This document shows positions 1 through 12,517 of a stretch of 64,000 nt of DNA, piece after piece (the first letter of the stretch is position 1; each line of letters opens with the position of its first letter). Origin of the DNA: Podarcis pityusensis. Taxonomy: Eukaryota. Location: the NCBI GenBank assembly GCA_964106645.2, contig OZ067052.1, one strand, 5' to 3'. The translations under genes were made by a program, and so were the position numbers. The notes beneath the pieces were generated by a model, which searched no databases, was not told the DNA's origin, and was given only the letters and a program-made list of their open reading frames with translations.

Positions 1-169
1 AAGCCCCCAGCTCTACGTGTGAAGGACTCAGGGCACAGTGAGCAGTACAGACTCCCTCCCTCCCTTATGCATGAGTTCAATGGTATGCCACCTTGTGTAG
101 AAAGCTGCTCATTATGAATAAGTCAGAAGAAAACCAGTTGCCACAAACTGGGATCCACCATGGACAGAG

Positions 170-325
170 GCCAGAATTCAGTGGCAGAGCACACATTTTG
201 AACACCGGTTCAATTCTTGGTGTCTCCAAGTAGGGCTGGGAAGGGCTGCACCCTGAAACACCCTGAAACTGACTGCTGCCAGTCAGTGCAGACAATACTG
301 AATCAGATGGGAAGCTTCTCTGACT
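170..325 (+). mobile_element. Degenerate tRNA-Ala-headed SINE with CR1-type tail
   Basis: Similar to the 63421 copy (...ggttcaattcttggtgtctcc...ctgctgccagtcagtgcagacaatactga...). Confidence 0.6.
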
Positions 326-649
326 CCGTAGAAGTCAGCTTCCTGAAACGTGGAGTTGTGAGTGAGCTTTCAAGGGAAGGTGAGCAGGCTTTACCCGATT
401 CGAAAATCCATTTGATGCCGTGTAAAGCGAACGAATTCTCTGGTTCTTTGTACTAGGCAGGAGATGGAGTACTTTTTAACACTTCCCAAGAAAGTGCCTG
501 AAGCAAACATATCGTCTATATATCTATATATCTATCTGCTGCAAACTGGCTTGTTGCCGTGATAATAAGCTGAGCTGGAATCCAGTGACACGACTGACTC
601 CTTTCACTCCCCGAGATGGCTGTGCTCCTGCAAGACTCTCCCCCCCCCA

Positions 650-1040
650 CCGCCCTTCCCTCTCCATGTACCTCCACTTACCACGATACTGTTTTGAATC
701 TCTAAAATAATGTGACAACTTAATGATGGCACAATTATCTAAATGTTTAACAGACATGTTATCTAAGTGAATCGGATCGAGATTTCATCCCGCTGACAAT
801 AAACATCAATGGAAGCGCAGAAAGTGATGGGCAAATTATCACAAACCCTGCAATTTCAATGCTATTAAATTTGGAAGAATAACAGCCCCGAGGCCTGTAA
901 ACGCTGAATAAAATAGACCCTTGTGTTTGTCCAACTATTAAATCAAAATGCTACCAACATCCTAGGGAAGGGGGAGAGGGGAAGCGCGAGACAATTTATA
1001 GCTTTTCATGTTTCAGTTACACATTGGTTTTATTAACTCC
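650..1040. promoter_or_regulatory. Candidate conserved non-coding element (intron 4)
   Basis: Repeat-free and AT-rich with retained CpGs and dense homeodomain/SOX/FOX-like motifs, e.g. CTGACAATAAACATCAAT at 793-810. Conservation not tested. Confidence 0.5.
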
Positions 1041-1256
1041 TCTCTGCCATTTGGGTGCTAGTGGGTGGTTTTGCCAGTGAAGTTGGGAGGTTTGCGGGGG
1101 GGGGGGGGGGGGACACAGAGGATCAAGCCGAATGTCTTTGACCAAAGGAAGGGCAGTTTAAAGACTAAGCTGCAAGAGAAGAAGCAAAGACGTTTTCTGC
1201 TGGGAGCAAGGATGTTCTAACATGTTTACTAATGATCTGGGAAGAGGAGACAGTGA

Positions 1257-1259
<3 letters not shown>

Positions 1260-1296
<37 letters not shown>
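1260..1296. repeat. (TG)n microsatellite
   Basis: Directly visible. Confidence 0.95.
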
Positions 1297-1297
<1 letters not shown>

Positions 1298-1594
1298 GCA
1301 GAGTGAAGAATGGAATAACTGTGGGACTGGCAGACAATGAAAATCAAAAACAGAGAATGCCACATAATTTTTCAACAGGGTATAGGAGCAATGGCCATGG
1401 CAGGGATGGAAGACAGCAGGTGGAATTTGATGCTAGCAAATGCAAAGTGAAAATGCCAAGTTGAGCTACCAAGTTGTTGTTGCTTTTTTAAAAAAAAGAA
1501 ATTAACAGCTTATATTTAAATTAAGCAAACAAAACCTATGACAAACAATCTTTGCATTAGTGGGAAATGGGCTCATGGAGCTGAAAACGTAATG

Positions 1595-1715
1595 CTTGCA
1601 TCTAGCATCCCATCATGCTCAGAGCTAACCCATTAAAATGAATGGGTATGGCTAACTTAGGTCCATTCATTTCAATAGGTCTCCTCAGAGTGGAGGTTAC
1701 TTGGAGAAGACCCCA
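1595..1715. mobile_element. Short palindromic MITE-like repeat (family also at ~10306-10439 and ~33168-33292)
   Basis: Shared core cagagtagaccc/attgaaattaatgga...ttcaatgggtct...ctc with inverted symmetry and GGGTTG(C/T)ATCCAA-like ends. Confidence 0.55.
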
Positions 1716-3409
1716 TGAGTCTGAGGAGAACTTAGTTGGCTAGAGAGAGAGAGAGAGAGAGAAACCTTGTTGCATGCCAGTTTTCACTGGTTTCACCAGT
1801 GAAAACAGTCCTTTGCCCCAAAGGTAAGCAGTTTAGCTGATAATTTTTAAGAGTTTCATTCCGCAAAGCAGAACTGAGGACTGTACAGTCCAGCCTCCCT
1901 GGCTCTGAGTACGGCAGAATCCTCACTACGGAAGGCACAGATTAGCCCATGTTATTACACTTCCAGGATGATACGCAAAGAGAAGAGATTGTGGCCCACA
2001 CCTTGTTGGAGATGCCTTAATGTAAGAACATTCAGATCATGTAAGCAAGGGTGTGCCATGTTCCGTGGGAGCAGAAAGAAAGGTGAGTATAATGGCACTG
2101 CGTCAAAATACACACATCTGCAACTTTTATAGCATAAGCTATTTCTCTCACCCTCAAATACATGCATAAAATAATTGCAGCTTCTTTGCATTGGATCTGA
2201 ATAGACCCTGCTTGTGTTTTTGTCTTAAGAGATGAGGCACGTCTTTATGATGGCCAAGTTATGCTAATTTGACACCATGCTCAATTTAAGTCTCCATGTG
2301 ATGTTTGCCTTCTTTCCTCTGCTGTGCCAGGTTCGCACAGTCCACGCGGAAGGTTTTGGGCTTCAAAAGTTGCGCTGGTCCACGCAGCAGGCAAAACCGA
2401 GGAGGAATGGGCCCATACTACATGAAAGAGCATCGCTCGAGTCGCAAATCAGACCCTGTCATGGCAGAGGCGCCACATGCTAAGAAAATCAGCTCTATAT
2501 TAGGCATCCAGCATGCCCCTGTAGTAGCAGAGTGCAAAACTAGGTCAGGAGTAAATCCATGCCAGGGTATTGACTGTACAAACACAAGCTCAGGACAGAA
2601 GCTTCCCATGTGGGGCTGACGTTACACAGCATTCTGCTCTCGGTCTTTTGCGCATGTGAAATACTTTGGCCCAGCCTGGGAAATCCTATACAAATCACCT
2701 CTGATATTTAAAAAAGTCAACAGCTATTACATTTTTTTGAAATAAAAAGGGGCACAACCAGTTGCTGATACATTTTCCATGTAACCTGAACACTGCAACC
2801 ATGCTGCTAGCAGCTGGCGCTGATTGAATTCATTCCTTTTTAATTTGAAAAATATATATTACTCTCTTTTTTTTTTACACCTTTCCCCCAGGCGTAGCAG
2901 GGTGCCAAAACATTTCTTCCTGTGAATGCAGAGGCCAAGTGATGTGAACAGCCACAGAAAAACCAATGGAGTCCAAAGTGTCTTCTAGCAGCTTACAGAC
3001 GTCTTGATCTCTTTTGAATATACGTAATTGTTGATGAGAGGGGACAGGGAGGTTGGGAACTGCGAGGGGAGAGAGAGCAATTTTTCCGCACGGTGAACAG
3101 AAACCAAACTGTCACATAGAGGGTTTCTTTGCTAGAGGTCTTCACTAGGTCAGCTTGTTGTGTTGCACTGGCTCTTATAGGTTGTAAAGAAACAGATTCA
3201 TCAACAATAAAGTGAAGCTGAATCCAGACTAGACAGAGGGGATGCCGTTGGCCCATTCCTGAATCCAGGATCTGGAGGATCTACGGTAGTTGGGAGTTGC
3301 ATTCCCTTGAAGGAGTATCTGTGTTGCTTCAGAGGGGGTACTCTTGGGACCATTTTTTTGTCACTGGAAGCCCAGGTGGTTTTAATGGCTTGTAGTGCCT
3401 ATGACTAGC

Positions 3410-3610
3410 TAAGAACATAAAATAAGCCTGCTAGATTAAGCAAGTGGCCCGTCTAGTCCAACACCCTGATCTCAAAGTGGCCTGTGGGATGCCCACTGGC
3501 AGGACCTGAGGGTAATGACTTTCTGCCCATCCCATCAACTGGTATTAAGAGGCACAATGCCTCTGACTGTGGAGGTAGATCATAGCCATTGTAGCTAGTA
3601 GCCACTGGTT
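3410..3610 (-). mobile_element. CR1 LINE 3' UTR fragment
   Basis: aagaacataa...gcctgctagat...ggcccgtctagtccaacaccctg is the reverse complement of the CR1 tail seen at 56000-56300. Confidence 0.7.
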
Positions 3611-3690
3611 CACCAGCGATGGTCTTTCCTGGACCAGAAAAATCTAGTTACAGTTATCCACTGCTTGGAAACCTTCAGATTACATTCTTG

Positions 3691-3828
3691 CATACCCTCT
3701 AACATTTCTCTGATAAAACTAGGGATGTCCTAAGGAAAAGCGGGACATTCCTGGATCTAATCAGAAACCAGGACAGCTTCTGTCAGTCGGGGACTGTCCC
3801 TGGAAAACAGGGACACTTGGTGAGTTTG
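3691..3828. mobile_element. Non-autonomous hAT (Blackjack-like) MITE
   Basis: CATACCCTC-type end, repeated GGGACA/TGTCCC subterminal motifs. Confidence 0.55.
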
Positions 3829-4989
3829 CTAACAGGCACTACCTGGGACTGAAAATGGTTTCAGAAGCTACAAATCTGAAGGTGGCAGCCAGGATATTTC
3901 CAATTACTTGCATATAGCACCAGTTTTAAACAAGTTGCTTTCCCAGTCAAGGCACTGATGATGACCTATCATGCTCTAAATGACTTAGTCCCCATATACC
4001 TTTGGAGGTCTTCCTCTGTGGTGGGCCTACGGGCTAATGCACATCTCCTTCTCCAGTCTTTGGCCTGCTCTCCATAAACAGGTTGACTTAGCTCAGGGGT
4101 GGGGAACCGGTTTCTACTCACACCAGTCCCAGCCACCATGATCAAGGGTGCTGGGAGTCTAATGGCACCTGGTGGGCCAGAGGCACTTCATTCAGTGAGT
4201 AGAGGGCTTTGGCCTGATCCAGGAAGTCTCATCTGCATGCTATTATCTTCATTGCAATTGCCTGGCGCCCAAGTTCAAATAATCTAAGGGACAGGAAGGT
4301 GGACTCCAGCCCCCAAAACACCACCACAACTTTGCTGGTTTGAAGGGGTCACTCTTGCTACTTCAACAGTGGACTAGGGGAATTATAAGCCTTGGAGTCT
4401 TTTTCTTCCAGGCGCAGGGAGCTTTCACTTCAGAAAATGCCAACAAGTTCAGAGTTTGATCCTCCTACCAGTGCTATTTCCAGCCCTGCTCAACAAGAGG
4501 AAGCTATCAATTTCTTGGCAAGAAGGAGGCACTTTTTGGCCATAAAGCCAGTTACTGACATGCAACTGAGACACACTTGTTTACAGCTCGAGGAGGCGAT
4601 GCTAAACCTGCTCCACTTGGGTCGCGCTGACCTCGAGCTGCCTATTTTTGTTCCTCGATTCTGCATGATCATGTCACCCTCTGAGCTCTGACAGGGCAGC
4701 CGCTTTTGCTGGCAGCCACCGACATTCTTGTCCCAAAGTTTTAAATCAAAACATACTTAATCTGTCCCAGGAGTGCTCCACCCCTCCCAACCAAGGTCAT
4801 CATTGAAACCTGACCGTTAGGAACTCTCTTGTCCTCTATTTGAAGGGGGCAAATGCAATATTAGCCATCACTGAAAGCTGCCTTGAAAAACACAAGGCTC
4901 CCCTCACAGGGGGGAAACAGCATGGCATTGGCAGGTGGGTTCTTCTACCACCCCCTACCCTTCCATCTCCAGAAGAGGTGCAGAAGACC

Positions 4990-5435
4990 CATGCCAGAAT
5001 CCTGCCAGGCTCAGGAGGGACCTCTTTGGAGAAAGAGGATGGAGAACTGGAAGAACCCACAAGAGTTCAAAGGCTGCCTGAAGAGTCCAATATTAGAGAT
5101 GCTTCATCTGGGCCTCCTAACAATCCCTTCAACCCCTTCCAGAGTCCTGATTCCCCTGCTTCATCTCCCCCTCCCCAGTCTCAGGATCAAAGGTGGCAGC
5201 AGAACTGATGGGAAGCCCAGAGCCACCAAAGGAATAACCATTTGGCCACCAGACCACTCTCTTATGGAGGGAAGGTGAGAGAACCCAGATGCAAGCAATG
5301 TTCTAGCAGAGAATTGGGAAGAGGAAGGGCTGGCAGTGGCTATATAAGTCTCCCAGTCTCCTCTGGACTTTTGCCGGGGTAACATCTCCCTTGTGAGCTA
5401 ATTCATCTCCAACTTAGGAGCTGGTCATGGACATT
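4990..5435 (+). mobile_element. Probable decayed solo LTR (Gypsy-like)
   Basis: tgccag start, acidic/Ser/Pro-rich pseudo-frame, then TATATAA at ~5341. Architecture resembles the LTR-like element at 63599. Confidence 0.35.
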
Positions 5436-5479
5436 CCACTAGGAGCATTCCATTTTGCCAGAAGAACTCCACCAAAAGG

Positions 5480-5670
5480 AAGGGCAGGATCTCACTGGGA
5501 GAGCACCAGCTTGCATGCAGAAGGTGCCAGGTTCAAATCCTGGCAGCATCCCCAAATAGGGCTGGGAACATCCTACTGCCTGAACCCTGAAAAACAGCTC
5601 TGGCAGTCAGAGTAGACAGTACTGAGCTACATGGATGAGTGACCTGCCCTAGAATATGTCAGCTTGCTAC
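5480..5670 (+). mobile_element. tRNA-Ala-headed SINE with CR1-type tail
   Basis: gcttgcatgcagaaggtgccaggttcaaatcctggcagcatc...gagtagacagtactgagctacatgga. Confidence 0.7.
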
Positions 5671-7004
5671 ACCCCCATAGTTCCTACAAGCCTTTCCAGA
5701 ACTGTGGCTGCCTCACTTCCTCTGCCAGAAATGCTTCATCTATCTGGGCAGCCAAATGAGGCAGGTGAGGTCTGAGGTGGTAGCACAGACTGTAACTTCT
5801 TCAGGCTCCAGGTGAGGCAGTACTGGATTCTGAATACATCAGAAGGGGACATCCTCAGGAAGCTACTGTATGCCTCCTTCTCATTTGTGGTTGTTGTCAA
5901 TAGGCGCTTCCCCCTGCCGTCACCTCCCAGAAATAAAGAGAAGGCAGGATCTGTCTGCTAAGACAAGGACCCACTGCCATGTGGGACATCCACCACAGCT
6001 AGCCCTGCTTGAAGGCACAAGCTTCCCAAACAGGAAACTAGCACAGCAGACTAAGGACGTTGGGTGGGTCTAGAGCTGGGGCTCTGAGCAGTCAAACCTC
6101 AGCACCTGCCCTCAACACTCCATTCCTGTTGCAAGACAGAGCTCCTTGCACGGAGACAGGACCATCTAGTCTCATGCCTGATCCTCTACAGGACCATCTC
6201 AGTCTACTAGTGATGAAGGCACTGGCTAAATTCCAGCTCCCCAATCCATCTTGACTCCACCATGGATCTTGACCCCTTCCTATTTTTGGAACATGCAAAC
6301 GTGTCTCTGACCTACTTGAATGAGGCCTTTGCTGAGGCCTGATACTGGACTAGGGTATCTATCCTGAAATGCTAGCTTTTAACTTGCAAGGAGTTTTGTT
6401 TCGTTATCTTGCATGGTGAAGCATATGGAAAGGAAGAGGGGATGGGATGGGTCCCTTTCACTCAGAGAAAGCACTTTTATCCATGGGTTTCTTCAAATGA
6501 CATATTCCTATTTTCAGATTTGCAAATTGTCTATCTGGGCTCTTTGTGATATTTCCAGGCAGGTGTTGGTTTCAGTTGTGACAACAAAGAGAGCAGCTCA
6601 TTTTCCTTTGGGTTCTGTGTGGCCGACAGATTAAGCAGACACTTAAGAGTGTCGCAATAGTGCACCTGGGTAGCCCAGGGGATCAGAGAAGGCTCCCACT
6701 GCCATACTTCCTCACTGCATACATTCTTGATCCCACTGGTGGCCAGTATAAGTCTCCCAAGCTCCTGGCAAGAGGTTGCCCAAGTTTCATGCTATCTTTC
6801 TGATGTGCCCAGGACACCGCAAAGTCACTTTCCCACAGCTAGCTCCCACCTCACAGTGGCAGTGTGGCAATGAGTTACCCCAAAGGCTTTTGCTAGTTGG
6901 CTAGCAGTGGCACTGTGATGCCACTATAAATGTACACATAGTTGATTCACTCTGTGCCCAGATTCCTTCCATCGCGGGTCTTCATTATGAGGCCTTGAAT
7001 GTGG

Positions 7005-7215
7005 ATACAGAAAGCTGCCCCATACTAGGTCAGACTATCTATCCACCTGGTCTAAGGCTGTCTATTCTGACTGGCAGCACCTCCTCTCTCTCTGGGGTCT
7101 GAGGCAGAGGTCCTTCCAATTGCCCATCATCTGATCCTTCTAACTGGAGATGCCAGGACCCGAACTTAAGATGCTCATGTGTGTACAGCAGGTGCGCGAC
7201 CTCTGACTTTTAGGC
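7005..7215 (-). mobile_element. tRNA-Ala-headed SINE (reverse orientation, degenerate)
   Basis: gaaagctgccccatactaggtcagact...tctgactggcagc...ggagatgccagga. Confidence 0.6.
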
Positions 7216-8713
7216 TGCACATGTTTAATGGCTTTGGTTTGCTGCCCAAAATGATGGCCCCAACTCTCCACATGGCAGAACTGCACGGCAAAGTTACAGA
7301 GGCTATATATCAAGCGCTTGGCTCCTCAAGAAATCCTGGGAACTGAGTGAGGGTACTGAGAATTGTCTGTTGCAGATCCCTAGCCCCGCTCACAGAGCTA
7401 TAGTTCCCAGGATCCCCTGGAAGGAGGGGATGGCTGTTAAACCAGGTGGGACTCTGCAGTTAAGAAGATACGCCAAGAGTCTCAAAGGCCATCACGTTGC
7501 ACAAACTATGTAGGTCAAATGGAAAGAGCACCTGTTCCTATTTCTATTACAGTCAACGCCTATCAACACATAAAGCAGGATTCTCACTGCACCAGGGGTT
7601 TTGTGAAAGAGAAAGTAACACAACCACACATATTTGCTACTTGATCCCTTAGCTCTGGAGTAGATTCCAGGTAGGAGCCCTTCCTCCCCCGTCCTCCCGA
7701 AAATGCTTCTGCTGTGAATTCCATTAGTAACAAACAACTTTATTTGCTGGCAACATCAACCAGCTGGCTAGTCTTAGGAGGAGGAGGACAATCATTCTGA
7801 AATTTATTAACTGCTACTTTGCCAATGAAGTTGCAAGATCGAATGGCACGGCAAGCATCGGTTGCGCTCTATGATGCATGTACAGTCTAATGCCGGCTCT
7901 TTCTAATCCTGGTGCACACAGTCAGCTGTTGTATATTTGGGAGCCAAGATAGCATCCAGGGTGTTAAATTTCAACTTGCGGATTCATACATTCCATCCTC
8001 ATTGGCATTTATTGGTTTATCGGTACTAAAAAGATTTGCTCGCCCTAATATAGTCCAGGAGGGAGGGAGGGAGCTGTCTCCCGCTTCAGTCGCAGGAGTG
8101 CGCAGAGTCATGCTCAAAGTGTGAATGAAGCTGGAGCCTCCCCTGGGACCTCCGAGCCAGTAAGTTCAAGCAAGATACTCAGTGAAAGGAGGCGATCACA
8201 GTACAAAATATGCCATGATAAAGAGCGAAGTTTTTGCCTCCTACCCTCTGCAAAAAAACGAAACAGAAACGAAAAACACTGAGATAAACCTATGGGGCAG
8301 AGCAAGGTGCTGAAAGGGCAGGTGCAACTTCTGAGAGAGCCCCTTCCTAGCAACCAGAGATGCCCCTCATCATGAGTTGGGGTGAAGCGGATGTCTCAGA
8401 GGGCATCCCCAAGGGTCAGCACCCCTGTTCTGCTGCTGAGCTTTGCCATCAGGTGGGGAGGAGATCTGCCCCATACCCGGTGGAGTGGCAGAGCTTTGCA
8501 CTGGTTTTTCCTGAGGAGAGAAGCAAAGCTCCACCACTGGTTGGGAGTGGGAGATCCAGAAAGGAGAAGCCCTTATGGAGTTTGCCCCCCTTCCCTTTGT
8601 GGGGGTGGCCGTGGGGCATTTTGCCCCAGGTGCCAATACATCTCCAATTCCCCTTGCTATCAACCACCAGATCAAGACTGTTCCTCCATTCAGTGGCAGA
8701 GAAAATCTCTACT

Positions 8714-9024
8714 GGGCACCATTCACATGGCAGTGCATTCCATTTGCATGAACTTTCCCTAACTGTTAATTTCCATTTCACATGGCATAAAAGTCACTTC
8801 TGGAACTATGAGTGGAATGAGAGTGACGTAAAGTGCAAGTTTAGCGCTCATTTTCATATTATTTGCAAATGGATTTTTTTCCTCCTGGGAGCAAATAACA
8901 CAGAAATGAGCACTAAACTTCCATTACAGTTCCAGAATTGACTTTTATGTCGTGTGAAAGCTCAAATGTAATACTGTTAGGGAAAAGTTGTGAAAACGTT
9001 ATAAATTGCCATGTGAATGCAGCC
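8714..9024. mobile_element. ~310 bp imperfect palindrome, probable PIF/Harbinger-type MITE
   Basis: Arms pair end to end: cattcacatggca/tgccatgtgaatg, tttccctaac/gttagggaaa, cataaaagtca-ttctggaact/agttccagaa-tgacttttatg, aagtttag-gctcattt/aaatgagc-ctaaactt. Confidence 0.7.
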
Positions 9025-10002
9025 AGTTTTACCATAACTAATTCTCTTACCGTGCCTATTTTCTTAAACTTGGCATGCTTGGAAAGAAAGTTATTAGCTC
9101 AAGCATAAATTCCCGCAGAGCAAAGGTGGAGACCCTCCCATATGGTCTCTGGACTCTAACTCCCATCACCCCAGACTGGCTGGGGCTGATGGGAGTTCAA
9201 GGTCAGTAACTTCAGGAGTTCACCAGATCCTTCATCCCTGCTGTAGATGATCAGAGTACCTAAGGCAGGAGTGCTCTCAGGAATACATTATCTCCACCAC
9301 CATCCCACTGAGTCACAATGGGAGCTCCATGATTCACTGTTCAAAGCACGCTTTGCTTAGCATAGGGAGGGCACTTGGGTAGATGTGGATAAGACCATTC
9401 ACAAGGACAGGTTCTGTGCTATGAAGCAACTCTCCAAAAAGTCTTCCAGTGGGAAAGTTGTTGATCTCACACATAGCAGCTCAGGTGAGCCCAATTAAAC
9501 AATACATTGATCAAGACTGAAACTAGAAATTGAGCAATCTGTGTTGAGCAACAGGTTGTTGAGCAAACTGTTTATGATAAGTTTTTGCCTTCCATCAGCC
9601 TGTGGCGATCAGCGGTACATCAGCCTTCAGTCAGCAAATGTATTGATGATCACCCTCCCATTTTTATTGCAATGCCCTGCATTATCCTCTCCCAACCTGA
9701 TGTGCTTCAAATGAATTGGACTACAGTTTCCATCAGCCTCCTGCCAGCTTTATTGCAGTTCCTAGTTGCCTGAAGGGTTCTATTCACCCTCAAGCGAAGG
9801 CAAGTAGAAGTACCTGCAGACCTTCCCAGTGCATTAGGTGAGGGGCTTGTATGTGCAACCCCTCCCCTCACACTTTGATATTTCATGTATGATCTTTCCA
9901 GGAATTCTGGAATAACAATGCCGTTCTGCAAGCAAACCACTGTTTTGCAAAATCAGGAGATTTTTGAAAAAAACAAATGAACCCCCCAAACAGAACACCT
10001 AC

Positions 10003-10089
10003 CAGTGTGGGTCTGCCTGTGGGTCTCCAGAGCATCTTCTTTTGAGAACTGAGCTCCGCAGTGGTCACAGACAAAGGCTTTGGCACCCG
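10003..10089 (-). CDS. ZBTB16: ZBTB16/PLZF coding exon 4 (C2H2 finger 3): (A)GAKAFVCDHCGAQFSKEDALETHRQTHT(G)
   Basis: Not in the ORF track; read manually. Acceptor (tc)14tttatag|CGG, donor CTG|gtaggt. 87 nt, phase 1-1. The final G of exon 3 plus CG gives GCG (Ala), continuing the PLZF frame (LLAHS-A-GAKAFVC). Confidence 0.97.
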
Positions 10090-10093
10090 CTAT

Positions 10094-10096
<3 letters not shown>

Positions 10097-10124
<28 letters not shown>
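10097..10124. repeat. (GA)14 microsatellite, read as the (TC)14 polypyrimidine tract of the exon 4 acceptor
   Basis: Directly visible, 5 nt from the acceptor AG. Confidence 0.95.
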
Positions 10125-10127
<3 letters not shown>

Positions 10128-10574
10128 AGAGAACGTTGTAAAATACATGTTTACCAAGATTCATGGATAAATCTTAAAAATATACCTGTCAAAAAACTCA
10201 TCCTGTTAGTAGCAGTGAAAATGAATGAAAGACACTTCTTTGAACAGAGACCCCAAAATGGGTGTAGGGTTTCTTAGAGATAAAGGAAAATAAAAAATCA
10301 AAACTTAGGGATTGAGTCTAACTAACTAGCTAGCTTTTGCCTGGAGTAGACCTATTCAGTTAATGGACCTAAGTTTTCCATGCCCATTAATTTCAAAGGG
10401 TCTGCTCCATGAGTGTGACTAACTCTGGGCTCAACCCTATCGAAATGCAATATCTGCACTCCAAATAAATCATACCAGGAATTTTTTTCAGATGCAACTC
10501 ACAGGGAGGAGTCTCAAGGAACAGGGGTTGCACAAGAGCACAATAGTAGTTCCATAACATTAAGACTGTAATAC

Positions 10575-10613
<39 letters not shown>

Positions 10614-11846
10614 CGAGAATTATGGTAAAGAAGCAATAAAAATGCAATTTAGAATTAAATAAAGTACAATTTAACATAATTATTAATATTTAAGGGAGAC
10701 ATTCTACAGACCACCTGAATGAAGTTCATGGACCTATGGAGGTTCATGGAGCAAAGTTTAGGAACCCCTAGTCTAGAGATCTCCTGGATACTTTCTTACA
10801 TTAAAAATCTTTTCTTTTTAACAAATGGTCAGTTCTCAGCTACAGGAATGCCTCTGTGTGGACACAGCAAATTCATAACCACAGACATAAGGAATCTCTG
10901 AAATTTGGAGAGCGTCAAATGCTTCAGAATGTAAAGTTGACCATCACTGTGAAGTCTTTGCAATTACGGGGCTACTGTATACACAGTCAAAGGGAGGGCA
11001 TGCCTTTTGAAAACCCAAACAAGGAGAAGAAAAAGTTCACTTGAACTCGAGGGACTTGGGAAGCCATGGCGTATTGGCAGTAGATGTCGATATTACCGCC
11101 CATCCAAGCGCTGCCATCGATGTGGAAGGAACACAGATCACTACATGATCCCCAAGGATTGGGAAGGGATTCAGAATCAACATGTGAAAGGATATAATTC
11201 AGAAATGAGAGTGGGGCTGTGTACCCTGCCTAAGGGCCTCTGCCCCAGTTTAGCTTTGCATAGGGCCTTGGACACAAAGCTCACCTACAAACATGGCAGC
11301 AGATATACACAGCACTATGGGTAAATATGGCAGTCGGGATGGGAGTCCCGGTGGCTGATGGAAGCAGACAGAAATAAAATGTATAGGGCAACAGAAAGAG
11401 ATGAAGATGCAGAGGGCTGGCCAGGGCCACTTATGTGGATTTGGGCATGTGCATTTGGTAGATAAATATAGCCTCCATGTAGGGTGCAGTGTATCTTTGA
11501 AAACCAGGTGTGGGGGATAATCAACAGGGGGAAGTTGTTGCTTTCATGCCTTGCCTGCAGGCTCCCCTGTGGAGATGGCAGTATTAAGTCAGTGGCTCAC
11601 ATGCTTCTGGCTTGCACTCTTTATAAAATTTGAGGAATTAGGTTATTACCCCTCTATTATTGTCCATGCCAGGTCGCTCAACCACTGCTACCACGTCCTT
11701 TCTTTTAGCAGATCAAGATGATCATGTGACATCAAAAACTGCAAGGTTTTTAGCGGGGGCAATTAGAACAAGATCTATTATTTGATTATTGATGTAACCC
11801 CCCTAATGTATTTTCAATAGTTAAGTTTTTACCTCTGTCTTCAGTA

Positions 11847-12517
11847 CAGTGGTACCTTGGTTCTCAAACACCTTGGTTCTCACATGTTTTGATTCTCAAA
11901 CTCTGAAAACCCAGAAGTAAGTGTTCCGGTTTTCAAACAATTTTTGGAAGCCGAAAGTCCGATGCAGTTGTCAACTATTGTTTCTGGGGCACCTGCACCA
12001 ATCAGAAGCTGCACCTTGGTTTTTGAACATTTTGGAAGTCAAACGGTCTTCTGGAACGGATTAAGTTTGGCACTTTTGTTTTTGCTATTTATTTTGCGTT
12101 TTTGTTTTTGAGGCTTTTTCGGTTAATTTGTTTTTGTGACTGTGTGGAACCCAGTTCAGCTACTGATTGATTGATTGTGTGACTGTGGAAATGGATAAAA
12201 GCCCCCCCCCCCATCCAAACAATGACTATCGTCAGTGCAGGGAAGGGGGAAAAAAATATTTTTTATCATCTACAATACTGTCTTATTTATTTTATAGTAC
12301 AGTACATTGATTATTGCTTTCATTTTATGGATCAATGGTCTTGTTAGATGGTAAAATTCATGTTTAATTGCTGTTTTAGGGGTTGTTTTTAAAAGTCTGG
12401 AACAGATTAATTCATTTTGCATTACTTTCTGTGGGAAAGCACGCCTTGGTTTTGGAATGCTTTGGTTTTGGAACAGGCTTCCGGAACGGATTAAGTTTGA
12501 GAACCAAGGTACCATTG
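11847..12517. mobile_element. 671 bp non-autonomous Tc1/mariner (Tigger/pogo-like) DNA transposon
   Basis: TA flanks, 23 bp TIR cagtggtaccttggttctcaaac / gtttgagaaccaaggtaccattg (1 mismatch). Confidence 0.88.

Larger units (their letters stand above)
1..10002 (-). other. ZBTB16: ZBTB16 intron 4, proximal part (exon 5 lies beyond the left edge)
   Basis: No TDMAVFCLLCGKRF-type coding sequence seen in 1-10002. Confidence 0.8.

Noticed and set aside
8360-8941. 193 aa ORF
   Set aside because: No recognisable domain, and its 3' part runs through a palindromic repeat. Consistent with chance.
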